Source: Lentisphaerota bacterium
GTDB lineage: Bacteria > Verrucomicrobiota > Kiritimatiellia > UBA8416 > JAQBFJ01
Reading direction: 5' to 3'
Assembly: GCA_041306605.1 (NCBI GenBank)
Contig: JBFZFB010000166.1
Coordinates: 1,807-65,806 of the forward strand
Length of the DNA: 64,000 bases
Below the pieces are notes generated by a model. It had not been told where the DNA came from and made no database searches. It saw only the letters and a list, made by a program, of their open reading frames with translations. Every line of letters begins with the position of its first letter. Position 1 is the stretch's first letter. A program made the position numbers and the translations under genes. Positions 1 through 9,097 of this stretch are shown one piece after another.

Positions 1-380
1 TAATCATAGTCGTCCGGATTCGGCATCGGCCATTTTGCGACAGTTTCCTCATCCGCATCCTTCAGCGGAAAATCACAGTAATCCCAGTATCCACCCGATC
101 CGTGTTCAATATAACGCGTCACCCAACCCCAGACACTCTCAACATTACGGTTTGGAATCTCCTTATGCAAACGCGGACCTTTATACGCCGCTCCAGTACC
201 ACGAAAATCAACTCCCAGCGCCTTTCGAAACCCTTCCCAGTCATCCTGTTTTACCCCGAAATGCTTCATCATCCGCCTGTTAATATCCGGATTCCCTTCA
301 TAATTAATCGGCACACGATCCGGTTCCTTTAACGCGAATGTCCTCAACACCCTCTCTTTAGATGTCATTTTTCTTTTCAT
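1..380 (-). CDS. URO-D/MtaA-superfamily (uroporphyrinogen decarboxylase-like) protein, N-terminal part; gene continues beyond the window edge
   Basis: Reverse translation from ATG at 380 gives MKRKMTSKERVLRTFALKEPDRVPINYEG..., matching the N-terminal E-R-x-L-x-A-L-x-G-E-x-x-D-R-V-P signature of URO-D/MtaA-family TIM barrels. An AGGGAGG RBS lies 8 nt upstream. No stop before position 1. Confidence 0.6.
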   Translation of the reverse strand, partial: MKRKMTSKERVLRTFALKEPDRVPINYEGNPDINRRMMKHFGVKQDDWEGFRKALGVDFRGTGAAYKGPRLHKEIPNRNVESVWGWVTRYIEHGSGGYWDYCDFPLKDADEETVAKWPMPNPDDYD

Positions 381-523
381 AAAAAAACCTCCCTGCTTTA
401 ATAATTGCCCATAAAATACTTTTAAACGCTTCTTATGTACATGGATAAAAAAACTTTTATTTGTACAAAACAACAAAAAATGTGTTATTTTTAACCTTTG
501 CAATGTACTATTGAAGATAAATT

Positions 524-1405
524 ATGAATTTGCCGCTTAAAACAAAAACCTTTGCAGACGCGGTGATATGCCACGCCAATTACGCGCGGCTCAACCAGCA
601 CTACGGCCATGTCATAAATCCCAACGTTCAAAGTCTAATGTGCCTGTGGTGTAAAAGCGGGAGCGGAACTGTTGTCATAAATAAAAAATCTTTCAATTGC
701 GACGCCGGCGATTATTTTATCCTTCCATGGAATCACCGTGTTGAGTATATCCCCGATGAAAAAAATCCGTTCTATCTCACCGGCATTCATATAATTCCAT
801 GCCACGACAGAAGACACCCGGTTGAATATGAAGTCGCACATAACACCACTCACCGCCTCTATAAATGCCCATGGCGAAAAAACATACCCATCCCCGGCAT
901 CCAAGGAGTGCTTCACCACCACCTCGCCACGGATTCTCCGCTTTTTCTCCTATCCGAATTTGCCGTGCAATTGTTCCGCTCTCAAGAAACCAAAGATGAA
1001 GAACATCTGCGCATGCTGGCGCAAATCTTAATCAAGGAATTGATTCTCGTTTTCAATCCTGCCAGACAACAACCTCCTCTGCCTGTTAATCTCGGTAAAT
1101 TGCTTACTTATATAGAAAACAACCTGACAAACCATATCTCAGTGGCTGAACTCGCCAAGATGGCGGACCGCAGTAAATCCGGCATAACAACACTTTTCAG
1201 AAAACACTGCAACAAATCACCTGTGCGCTGGATTATCGAAAAAAGAATCGAACGCGCCTGCGAACTGCTTTCCACAACAGGCATGCCGATAAAAGAAGCC
1301 GGATCTGCTGTCGGCATCCATGACCAGTTCTATTTCTCAAAACTCTTTAAAAAAATCACAGGTCAGTCGCCTCTCTCGTACCGCAAAGAAAAACTGCTTT
1401 TCTAA
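524..1405 (+). CDS. AraC/XylS-family transcriptional regulator
   Basis: 293 aa. The C-terminal ~100 aa carry the twin HTH of AraC proteins (ISVAELAKMADRSKSGITTLFRKH...GQSPLSYRKE); the N-terminal is a cupin-like sensor domain. Sits directly upstream of the GH116 gene. Confidence 0.8.
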   Translation: MNLPLKTKTFADAVICHANYARLNQHYGHVINPNVQSLMCLWCKSGSGTVVINKKSFNCDAGDYFILPWNHRVEYIPDEKNPFYLTGIHIIPCHDRRHPVEYEVAHNTTHRLYKCPWRKNIPIPGIQGVLHHHLATDSPLFLLSEFAVQLFRSQETKDEEHLRMLAQILIKELILVFNPARQQPPLPVNLGKLLTYIENNLTNHISVAELAKMADRSKSGITTLFRKHCNKSPVRWIIEKRIERACELLSTTGMPIKEAGSAVGIHDQFYFSKLFKKITGQSPLSYRKEKLLF

Positions 1406-1473
1406 AAAACATTGATAATAAGAAATTATTAATGCAATCTATCGCGCCAAAAGAAGGAGATAAAATTTTTATT

Positions 1474-4104
1474 ATGAAAACTTTTTCTTATCAAGGGGCC
1501 AAAACGAAAGAGATCAGTTTCCCATTGGGCGGTATCGGCAGCGGATGTATCGGACTCGCGGGCAACGGCCAGCTCATTGACTGGGAAATTTTCAACAAAC
1601 CCAACAAGTTCGGCCGCAACGGATTCAGCCATTTCGCCATAAAGGCCGAGCGCGATAAAAAAGTGCTTGATGCGCGCGTCCTGCAAGGTGACGTAACGGG
1701 GCCCCGCAGCGGCAACGGCAACGCGAACTTCGGCGGCTTAGGTTTCGGCGTGAACCGCGAAACCATGGCGGGCCTGCCTCACTTCCGCAAGGTTTCGTTC
1801 GAGGGCGAGTTTCCATTCGCTGCACTAACTTTTCAGGAACCGGCCTTCCCGGGCCGCGTGCAAATGACGGCTTTCAACCCGTTCATCCCGCTCAACGACG
1901 CCGATTCGAGCATACCCGCCGCTTTCTTTTCCTTTGATGTCACGAACACATCGAAGAAGCCAATCGACTACACCGTCGCCCTGACAACACGCAATCCGCA
2001 GGACAAGGCAAACGTGAACCGCGCGATGAAGAGCGGCGGCATAACGCTCCTGCACCAGGAGGGCACCGCACTGCCGGCCGATGATGTGAAGTTCGGCGAC
2101 ATCTGCATCGGGACTAACTCGCCCGATTCGAGTCACCAGGAATACTGGTTCCGCGGTGGCTGGTTCGACAATCTCGGCATCTGGTGGCGTAATTTCACTT
2201 CGCCCGGCCCGCTAAAAAACCGCTCATATCCGGAAAGTTCCGGTGGCAACGACCACGCGTCGCTTGCGGCGCGCATCACCGTTCCTGCAGGCAAAACAGG
2301 CACGATCCGGTTTGTTTTGGCCTGGAACTACCCGAACCAGACCAACTACTGGAACCCCGAGAAGAAGGAATGTTGTGGCGAGGGCTGTGCCTGCAAACCG
2401 GCCACATGGCGAAACTACTACGCTACGCTTTTTAAGGATTCCGCCGCCACCGTCCGCTACTGCCTCAAAAACTGGACCCGGCTCTACTCGGAGACACTGC
2501 GCTTCAAGGAAACCCTGTTTGCATCAACCATCCCGGCGCCTGTTCTCGACGCTGTTTCGGCGAATATTTCCATCCTAAAAACTCCCACGGTAATGCGGCT
2601 GGAAGATGGCTCGCTCTACGGCTTCGAGGGATGCCATTGCGGCGCAGGTTGCTGTGAAGGCAGTTGCCAGCATGTATGGAACTACGCGTACGCGCTTCCC
2701 TTCCTGTTCCCGAAACTGGAACGCTCAATGCGCGAGCTGGAATACAGGTACAGCCTCGGCGACGACGGCTCGCTGGCGTTCCGCCTGCAGTTGCCCATCG
2801 GCCGCGCGCGGTCTGCGTTCAGACCCTGCGCTGACGGCCAGTTTGGCACGGTAATGAAGATGTACCGCGAATGGAAAATCTCCGGCGATACCGCATGGCT
2901 CAAGAAGTGGTGGCCGTCCGTGAAGAAGACTATCGAGTATGCCTGGGCGCCGACCAACGCGGACCGATGGGACCCGGAGAAAACGGGCGTTCTGTGGGGC
3001 CGCCAGCATCACACGCTGGATGTTGAGCTGTTTGGACCCAATTCATGGCTCACAGGTTTCTACCTCGGCGCGCTCAAGGCGGGCGCGGAAATGGCCGACG
3101 CCTGCGGGGACCCCGAAGCCGCCGCAGAATACCGCCGCATCTTTGCTAAGGGGAAAGAGTGGACTGACCGTCATCTCTTCAACGGCGAGTACTATCACCA
3201 GGAGGTGAAATTGAAAGATCGCGCCCAGCTAGAGCAATTCAGCACGAAGGGCCCTGACGGCAAATACGCGGCAGGTGAGGCATACAACGCGTACTGGAAC
3301 AATGAACACAAGGAACTGAAATATCAGATTCTTGAAGGTTCCGGCATAGACCAGGTGCTCGCGCAATGGCATGCGAACCTGATCGGGCTCGGCGAAATAT
3401 TTGACCCGAAACAGACCCGGTCCGCCCTGCGCGCCATCTACAAGTACAACTACAAGCCGTCCATGCGCGATTACGCAAACTTCTGCCGGGTTTTCTGCCT
3501 GGAGGACGAAGCCGGCACGGTGATGTTCGACTGGCCAGCCGGCAAGTACAAGCCCATGATTCCGATGACCTACGCCGAAGAAACCATGCACGGGTTTGAA
3601 TATCAGGTTGCTGTCCACATGATACAGGAAGGCATGCTCAAGGAAGGACTGGATGTGGTGAAGGGTGTGCGCGACCGCTATGACGGCGAAACGCGGAACC
3701 CGTGGAATGAAATCGAGTGCGGCAGTAACTATGCGCGATCCATGGCAAGTTACTCTTTGCTCAACGCGTTCAGCGGATTCTCTTTCAACATGGTGAACCG
3801 GCAGATCGGATTCAATCCTGTACATGCTGTTAACGGAAAATTCCGGTGCTTCTGGTCGCTGGATTCAGCATGGGGCGATATAACTATCACCCCGCAAGGG
3901 GCCGTTCTGCAGGTGCTTCACGGAAAGCTCGAATTGAAAAGCATGGCCTTAAGTTTTGCAGACAAGAACAGCACCGTTTCAGCATCCATCAACGGACGCC
4001 GCGTTGCATGCAAACGGATAAAAGACATTATTGACTTCGGAACAGTTATCGCCATCCCGGCAGGCTCATCACTCCGTATAAAAGGAAAACTGAAAAAGCG
4101 CTGA
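1474..4104 (+). CDS. GH116-family beta-glucosidase (glucosylceramidase GBA2-like), cytoplasmic
   Basis: The ORF track gives 1432..4104. Preferred start is ATG 1474 (MKTFSYQGAKT...), preceded by an AAGGAGA RBS. The N-terminal FPLGGIGSGCIGLAGNGQLIDWEIFNKPN is characteristic of the GH116 N-terminal domain. Large (a/a)6-type C-terminal half. No signal peptide. Confidence 0.75.
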   Translation: MKTFSYQGAKTKEISFPLGGIGSGCIGLAGNGQLIDWEIFNKPNKFGRNGFSHFAIKAERDKKVLDARVLQGDVTGPRSGNGNANFGGLGFGVNRETMAGLPHFRKVSFEGEFPFAALTFQEPAFPGRVQMTAFNPFIPLNDADSSIPAAFFSFDVTNTSKKPIDYTVALTTRNPQDKANVNRAMKSGGITLLHQEGTALPADDVKFGDICIGTNSPDSSHQEYWFRGGWFDNLGIWWRNFTSPGPLKNRSYPESSGGNDHASLAARITVPAGKTGTIRFVLAWNYPNQTNYWNPEKKECCGEGCACKPATWRNYYATLFKDSAATVRYCLKNWTRLYSETLRFKETLFASTIPAPVLDAVSANISILKTPTVMRLEDGSLYGFEGCHCGAGCCEGSCQHVWNYAYALPFLFPKLERSMRELEYRYSLGDDGSLAFRLQLPIGRARSAFRPCADGQFGTVMKMYREWKISGDTAWLKKWWPSVKKTIEYAWAPTNADRWDPEKTGVLWGRQHHTLDVELFGPNSWLTGFYLGALKAGAEMADACGDPEAAAEYRRIFAKGKEWTDRHLFNGEYYHQEVKLKDRAQLEQFSTKGPDGKYAAGEAYNAYWNNEHKELKYQILEGSGIDQVLAQWHANLIGLGEIFDPKQTRSALRAIYKYNYKPSMRDYANFCRVFCLEDEAGTVMFDWPAGKYKPMIPMTYAEETMHGFEYQVAVHMIQEGMLKEGLDVVKGVRDRYDGETRNPWNEIECGSNYARSMASYSLLNAFSGFSFNMVNRQIGFNPVHAVNGKFRCFWSLDSAWGDITITPQGAVLQVLHGKLELKSMALSFADKNSTVSASINGRRVACKRIKDIIDFGTVIAIPAGSSLRIKGKLKKR

Positions 4105-4779
4105 AACAATATACCTTCTTTAACGTTTTCCGCCTTTTTTTCTGTACACGGACGGAGTACAGCCGGCCATTTTCCTGAAAAGCTGGAAAAAATACATCGG
4201 ATCCCTGAAGCCCAGCCGTTGCTCCGCGCGCTTGGGCAACCGCGCCTACCGCTGATATCCTCCTCAACTGGTGGGGTAAAGATGTGAATGTCTCGCATTT
4301 TGAGAAAAAAGAACATGAGTTCGATTCTGTCTATGACACACGTCTGATTAAAAAAGAGATCGGTTTTACCGCGGATTGTTCGGTAAGATTTATCACCTCC
4401 GGCAGTTAACCCGGATACTGCATGATCACACTACTGGCGTGAAAACAAGACTTTAGGCCTGCAATGTCTGGGTGGCACCGCCAACGTCTCTATCACCGTT
4501 CATAAATTTCAACATGGAACGCCTGATATCCGCAAAAAAATCCCCATGATTAGAGCATTTAAATTAATGTCGCAGCCGTAGGAAAAACCGGAAAATACCA
4601 TTTTATTAAACTTTCACGATGTTTTGCGGCAACATTCAATCGTAACATGCTCTAGAGCGGGAAAATGTGATATCGGCATTATCTACTAGCCTTACCACTG
4701 ACAATGGTTATTATTAGAAATTATTCTGACTCAATACAAACAGACTATATATTCAAATCGAACAATTAGGAAAAATACA

Positions 4780-7700
4780 TTGAAAGAAACTGACAAAAAC
4801 AAGCCTGAGACAACGGGATATACCTCCAAGCATGACCGCGTTCCGCGCGGCATAGCGCGTTACGGTTTCGGAGAATGGGATCGCGCATTGGGCAATCACC
4901 GCGCGGTCATAAAAGTAAACCAGCCCGGCGAGGCGGCATACGCATACCTGCCATGGCGGCGCCACGACGCGTTCCCTCAAGCAAAGCATGTCCGGATTGT
5001 GGACGGTCAGACTGGAAACACCATTACCAACAGCGTGGTTGCCTCCAATAATCGGGAATACGGTGAAATCGTATTTGAGCCGGTCAGCGGCTCAGGCATT
5101 TACTACGCTTATTACCTTGTTCCTACCTCTGACCGCTTTCGCTGGGTCTGGCCACGAAGCTCGTTTCCCGTGACAATGTATGAAACGCCACATTGCGAAG
5201 CTGACAACGTATGGCGCGAAAAACACAACCTGCGTCAGAAAGACATCAGCAGTACACCCGATCCGAAAAACTGGGCCACGCAACGGAACGACTGTTACCC
5301 GGCGCCATGGCGCGACCTGCTGGAAGCCGAACTCGTGGAATTCCAGTCGCGCGGCGAATGGCATTCCTTCTATCCCATGGAAGTCATTGCCACGCTTGAC
5401 GAACGGCTGGAACTCATCAAGCGCTGCGGCAACCGGCCTTTCCTTGCTTTCCCGGAAAGCCGTTTCCGGCCGATACGGATGAACAAAGACATCCCGTACC
5501 ACTGGGCAATACGCAAGGGCGAGGAACTGGCCCGGCTCGAAGAAATCGCGCAACGCAACGAGTACCTAGTGTTCCAAATCGGTGTGTACGCGCACATGGA
5601 TATTCTCGCCAACCTGAAAGCCACGTGGTCCGGGCTGAAGGGAAATGGAAGCCGGTCCATTCCAGCCTCGGCCATAACCTGCTTTAACCTGGAAGGTGTA
5701 AACCAGCACGGCCAGCCTTTTGTAAAGACAGTTCATGTTGGAGCGAAGGAAATTCAGGCATTATGGTTCGGCATAGACATCCCGAAAAACGCGAAGGCCG
5801 GTCACTACGAGGGCACGGTCACGATAACGGCGCAGGATTGCGAGCCGCAGACCGTCACGCTCGTTGTGAACGTTGAAAACAAGGTCATGGTAGACCGCGG
5901 CGACGGCGACGGAACGCGCCTGAGCCGTCTGCGCTGGCTCAATTCCACCTACGCCCTTGACGATCTCGTCTGCGCACCCTACACACCGGTGAAGGTAACC
6001 GGGCGGAGCGTCGGGATTCTGGGCCGTAAGCTTGAACTGGACATGGCTGGATTGCCGGCCCATGCGACGAGCTATATCGAGATGTTTCGTATTCGCAAAG
6101 AAGGCCGCGAAATCCTTTCGGGCCCCGTGCGCCTGGACGCTGTAAAGGGCGGTAAACCGCTTGCCTGGAAAACCGCGATTGCGGCCCATTGCGTGAAGAA
6201 GTCGTCAGGTAAGGCTATTTTTCAATCGACCCAGACGGCGTCAGGGTTGAAGAGGAAGATCGAAACGACGGTCGAGATGGACGGCCGTATCGGTGTGCGA
6301 GTCACGCTGGAAGCGAAGAAGGCGACACGGCTGGATGCCATGCGGCTCTGCCTGAAAATGCCAGCCGGCGTGAGCCGCTACTGGTTGGAATCGGCGCCGC
6401 CGTCGTGGGAGGTGGCGGGCGCTAACAAGCTCGCATTCGAATGCCCTGCACACACGGATAAACCGCTGTCGGCATTCCAGTTTGCATGGATCGGCGACTA
6501 CAATGCAGGGCTCTGTTTGAGCATCGATGCCTGCCCCGGCCCGTGGCGGCAGGGCGGCACTGGCGGCATGTTCCGGCAGAAGACAGACAGCGGGATATGC
6601 CGCATTGAGCTGGACACGGGCGCGCTTACGATTGAAGCCGGCAAGGCTCTCACACTGGAATTTGCGCTGTACATGACACCATTCAAGCCGCTGTCCGTGG
6701 AGCACTGGGACTGGCGCTATCATCACGAGGGGGCTGACCTCGACATCCGGAAGGGGCTTGAAGCCGGGGCGAAGGTATTCACCCAGCACCAGGGTTCACC
6801 CAACAATCCATACATCAATTATATCTTCCCGGTGGCGGACACGCTGAAGAAGATGGCCGAAACGGTTCACAAGAACGGCGGCCTGTTCAAGGCGTACAAC
6901 ACCATCCGTGAGCAAAGCACGAGAACGAATGAGCTATGGGCGCTGAGGAGCCTCGGCCACGAGATTCTCGTTGAATGCACAGGAAATCTCGGCTACGAGT
7001 CCATGGCGCAACTGCCGCTCGAATACCAGCTCCGCAACCAGGTGCACGAGCCGTTCACCGGCCAGCTCTGGATGTGCGAACACCTGGTCGACGACTATCA
7101 TTCGCGCTGGCACAGCTCGATCAGGAATACCGGGGGCGCGCTGATCACAGAGGACAGCTCCGTGCAGATCAGCGGCGCGTCGCGCTGGTCGAATTTCTAC
7201 ATCGAGAGCCAGCGCTGGCTGATGGAGAACGCGGGCGTAGATGGACTCTATCTTGACGGCGTTACTTTCGATCGCCCGTCTTTCATGCGGGTGCGCAAGA
7301 CGCTTGTGCGCCAAAAACCTGAGGCATTGATAGATTTCCATGGCTCACCCGCGGAGGTATGGGACTTCTTCGGTTTTGGCGACAGCCTGTGGTTTGGCGA
7401 GGGCGCGGACTACGGCCGCGAAGCGGCCTACTGGCTGGTGGCGGTGTCAGGCATTCCGTTCGGCATTGCGGGCGAACTGCTCATGGCTGAGGGTAGTTGC
7501 CAGCGCGGCATGGTCTATGGCATATCGCATCGTCTCGGCTGGACACAGGCCGATCCATCGCCGCTCTGGAAGTGGTGGGACAACTTTGAAATCCACAAAG
7601 CCGAGATGCTGGGCTACTGGATGCAGGCGTGCCCGGTGAAAACGAATCATCCGGCCGTGAAAGCCACAGCTTACGTCCACAAGGGGAAGCGCATGGCGAT

Positions 7701-7893
7701 TGCCGTGGCAAGCTGGGCAAAAGAACCGGTTACAATCAAGCTGGAACTGGACTGGAAGGCTGTCGGACTGAATCCGGCAAATGTTCACGCATCAATCCCG
7801 GAGATTGCCACGTTCCAGCAGGGTTCGACGTCGGTATCTTTAGATGCAATGACTATTGAGCCGAACAAAGGATTTATTGTGGTTTTGGAATAA
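4780..7893 (+). CDS. Large (1037 aa) unclassified glycoside-hydrolase-like protein (possibly GH123/DUF4091-like TIM barrel); apparent TTG start
   Basis: Long ORF with protein-like composition and no signal peptide. Starts at TTG 4780 after AGGAAAAA; the first in-frame ATG is about 400 nt downstream. Family assignment is weak and based only on general TIM-barrel-hydrolase-like motifs (LYLDGVTFDRP, WFGEGADYG). Confidence 0.5.
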   Translation: MKETDKNKPETTGYTSKHDRVPRGIARYGFGEWDRALGNHRAVIKVNQPGEAAYAYLPWRRHDAFPQAKHVRIVDGQTGNTITNSVVASNNREYGEIVFEPVSGSGIYYAYYLVPTSDRFRWVWPRSSFPVTMYETPHCEADNVWREKHNLRQKDISSTPDPKNWATQRNDCYPAPWRDLLEAELVEFQSRGEWHSFYPMEVIATLDERLELIKRCGNRPFLAFPESRFRPIRMNKDIPYHWAIRKGEELARLEEIAQRNEYLVFQIGVYAHMDILANLKATWSGLKGNGSRSIPASAITCFNLEGVNQHGQPFVKTVHVGAKEIQALWFGIDIPKNAKAGHYEGTVTITAQDCEPQTVTLVVNVENKVMVDRGDGDGTRLSRLRWLNSTYALDDLVCAPYTPVKVTGRSVGILGRKLELDMAGLPAHATSYIEMFRIRKEGREILSGPVRLDAVKGGKPLAWKTAIAAHCVKKSSGKAIFQSTQTASGLKRKIETTVEMDGRIGVRVTLEAKKATRLDAMRLCLKMPAGVSRYWLESAPPSWEVAGANKLAFECPAHTDKPLSAFQFAWIGDYNAGLCLSIDACPGPWRQGGTGGMFRQKTDSGICRIELDTGALTIEAGKALTLEFALYMTPFKPLSVEHWDWRYHHEGADLDIRKGLEAGAKVFTQHQGSPNNPYINYIFPVADTLKKMAETVHKNGGLFKAYNTIREQSTRTNELWALRSLGHEILVECTGNLGYESMAQLPLEYQLRNQVHEPFTGQLWMCEHLVDDYHSRWHSSIRNTGGALITEDSSVQISGASRWSNFYIESQRWLMENAGVDGLYLDGVTFDRPSFMRVRKTLVRQKPEALIDFHGSPAEVWDFFGFGDSLWFGEGADYGREAAYWLVAVSGIPFGIAGELLMAEGSCQRGMVYGISHRLGWTQADPSPLWKWWDNFEIHKAEMLGYWMQACPVKTNHPAVKATAYVHKGKRMAIAVASWAKEPVTIKLELDWKAVGLNPANVHASIPEIATFQQGSTSVSLDAMTIEPNKGFIVVLE

Positions 7894-9097
7894 AAACTTC
7901 AGAGAAACAAAATCCATGCACAGTCAGATGGAAAAAAAACGCAAACCGCTGAACAGTATTCTGGTAAAACCGGCCGGGCCGGACTGCAACCTGAATTGCT
8001 CGTATTGTTTTTATCTCAACCGCTCCGCTTTGTTCCCGGAAACTAAAATCCACCGGATGAGCAATATCATTCTCGAAGAAATGACCAGACAGGTTCTACA
8101 GCAGTACCAGAATCATTTTTCGTTCGGCTGGCAGGGTGGCGAACCCACGCTGACAGGTTTGCCATTTTTCGAAAAAGCCGTTGAATTTCAAATCAAGTAC
8201 GGCACGGGAAAATCCGTCGGCAACGGATTGCAGACCAACGGTATTTTGCTCGACAAAGAATGGGCAATCTTTTTGAGAAAGTACAATTTTCTTGTCGGAC
8301 TATCACTCGACGGCCCGGAGCACGTCCATGATCATTACCGGCTCTTCAAAGACGGTAAAGGTTCATGGAAAAAGGTTTCAGACCGCGCCAAGCTGCTGCT
8401 TGACGCCGGCGTGGAAGTCAACGCGATAAGTGTTGTCAATGACTACTCTGTTCAATTTCCTGACGAAATTTACGCTTTCCATAAAGAGCTGGGCTTGAAT
8501 TATATGCAGTTTATACCATGCGTCGAAACAGACCCTTCCCGACCGGACAAAGCCGCCTCTTTTTCCGTCTCCGCTGAAGCTTATGGAAAGTTTCTTATCC
8601 GATTATTTGATCTGTGGTGCGCGGATTTCAAAGGTCCCATGGCAACCACATCCATCCGGTTTTTTGATTCCGTTTTTCACAAGTACGTTGGATTTAACGC
8701 TCCTGAATGCACGTTGACACAAACATGCGGGGAGTATGTTGTTGTGGAACATAACGGCGATGTTTATTCATGCGATTTTTTCGTACAGCCGGAATGGAAA
8801 CTCGGCAATTTAATGAACGAAAAACTGTCCGACATGCTCAATTCCCCCCTGCAGACAAAGTTTGGAATGATGAAAGCTGAACTTCCGGAGAAATGCATCA
8901 AATGCCGATGGCTTGAGACCTGCCGCGGAGGTTGTACAAAAAACCGTTTGTTTGCAGGTGAAAATCATCTCTGCATGTCTTATAAGATGTTTTTTGAATA
9001 TACTCATCAGCATTTGAGCAGATTGGCGGATAAATGGCTAAAAGAAAACTCTGCTGGAAATATCCCGCAAATCAAGGGCTCGCATAAGGAGCAATAA
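7856..9097 (+). CDS. Anaerobic sulfatase-maturating enzyme (radical SAM, SPASM domain)
   Basis: PAGPDCNLNCSYCFY matches the CxxxCxxC radical-SAM cluster motif. A C-terminal Cys-rich SPASM region is present (CTLTQTCGEYVVVEHNGDVYSCDFF, CIKCRWLETCRGGC). Likely true start is ATG 7916 (MHSQMEKK...). Confidence 0.85.
   Translation: MSRTKDLLWFWNKNFRETKSMHSQMEKKRKPLNSILVKPAGPDCNLNCSYCFYLNRSALFPETKIHRMSNIILEEMTRQVLQQYQNHFSFGWQGGEPTLTGLPFFEKAVEFQIKYGTGKSVGNGLQTNGILLDKEWAIFLRKYNFLVGLSLDGPEHVHDHYRLFKDGKGSWKKVSDRAKLLLDAGVEVNAISVVNDYSVQFPDEIYAFHKELGLNYMQFIPCVETDPSRPDKAASFSVSAEAYGKFLIRLFDLWCADFKGPMATTSIRFFDSVFHKYVGFNAPECTLTQTCGEYVVVEHNGDVYSCDFFVQPEWKLGNLMNEKLSDMLNSPLQTKFGMMKAELPEKCIKCRWLETCRGGCTKNRLFAGENHLCMSYKMFFEYTHQHLSRLADKWLKENSAGNIPQIKGSHKEQ

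Noticed and set aside
3229-3825. 198-aa minus-strand ORF inside the GH116 gene (and similar antisense ORFs at 5092-5553, 6241-6789, 24328-24996, 37344-38093, 55565-56347, 57888-58448)
   Set aside because: All lie entirely within longer, motif-supported genes on the opposite strand and show biased Arg/Ala/His composition typical of antisense frames in GC-rich coding DNA.
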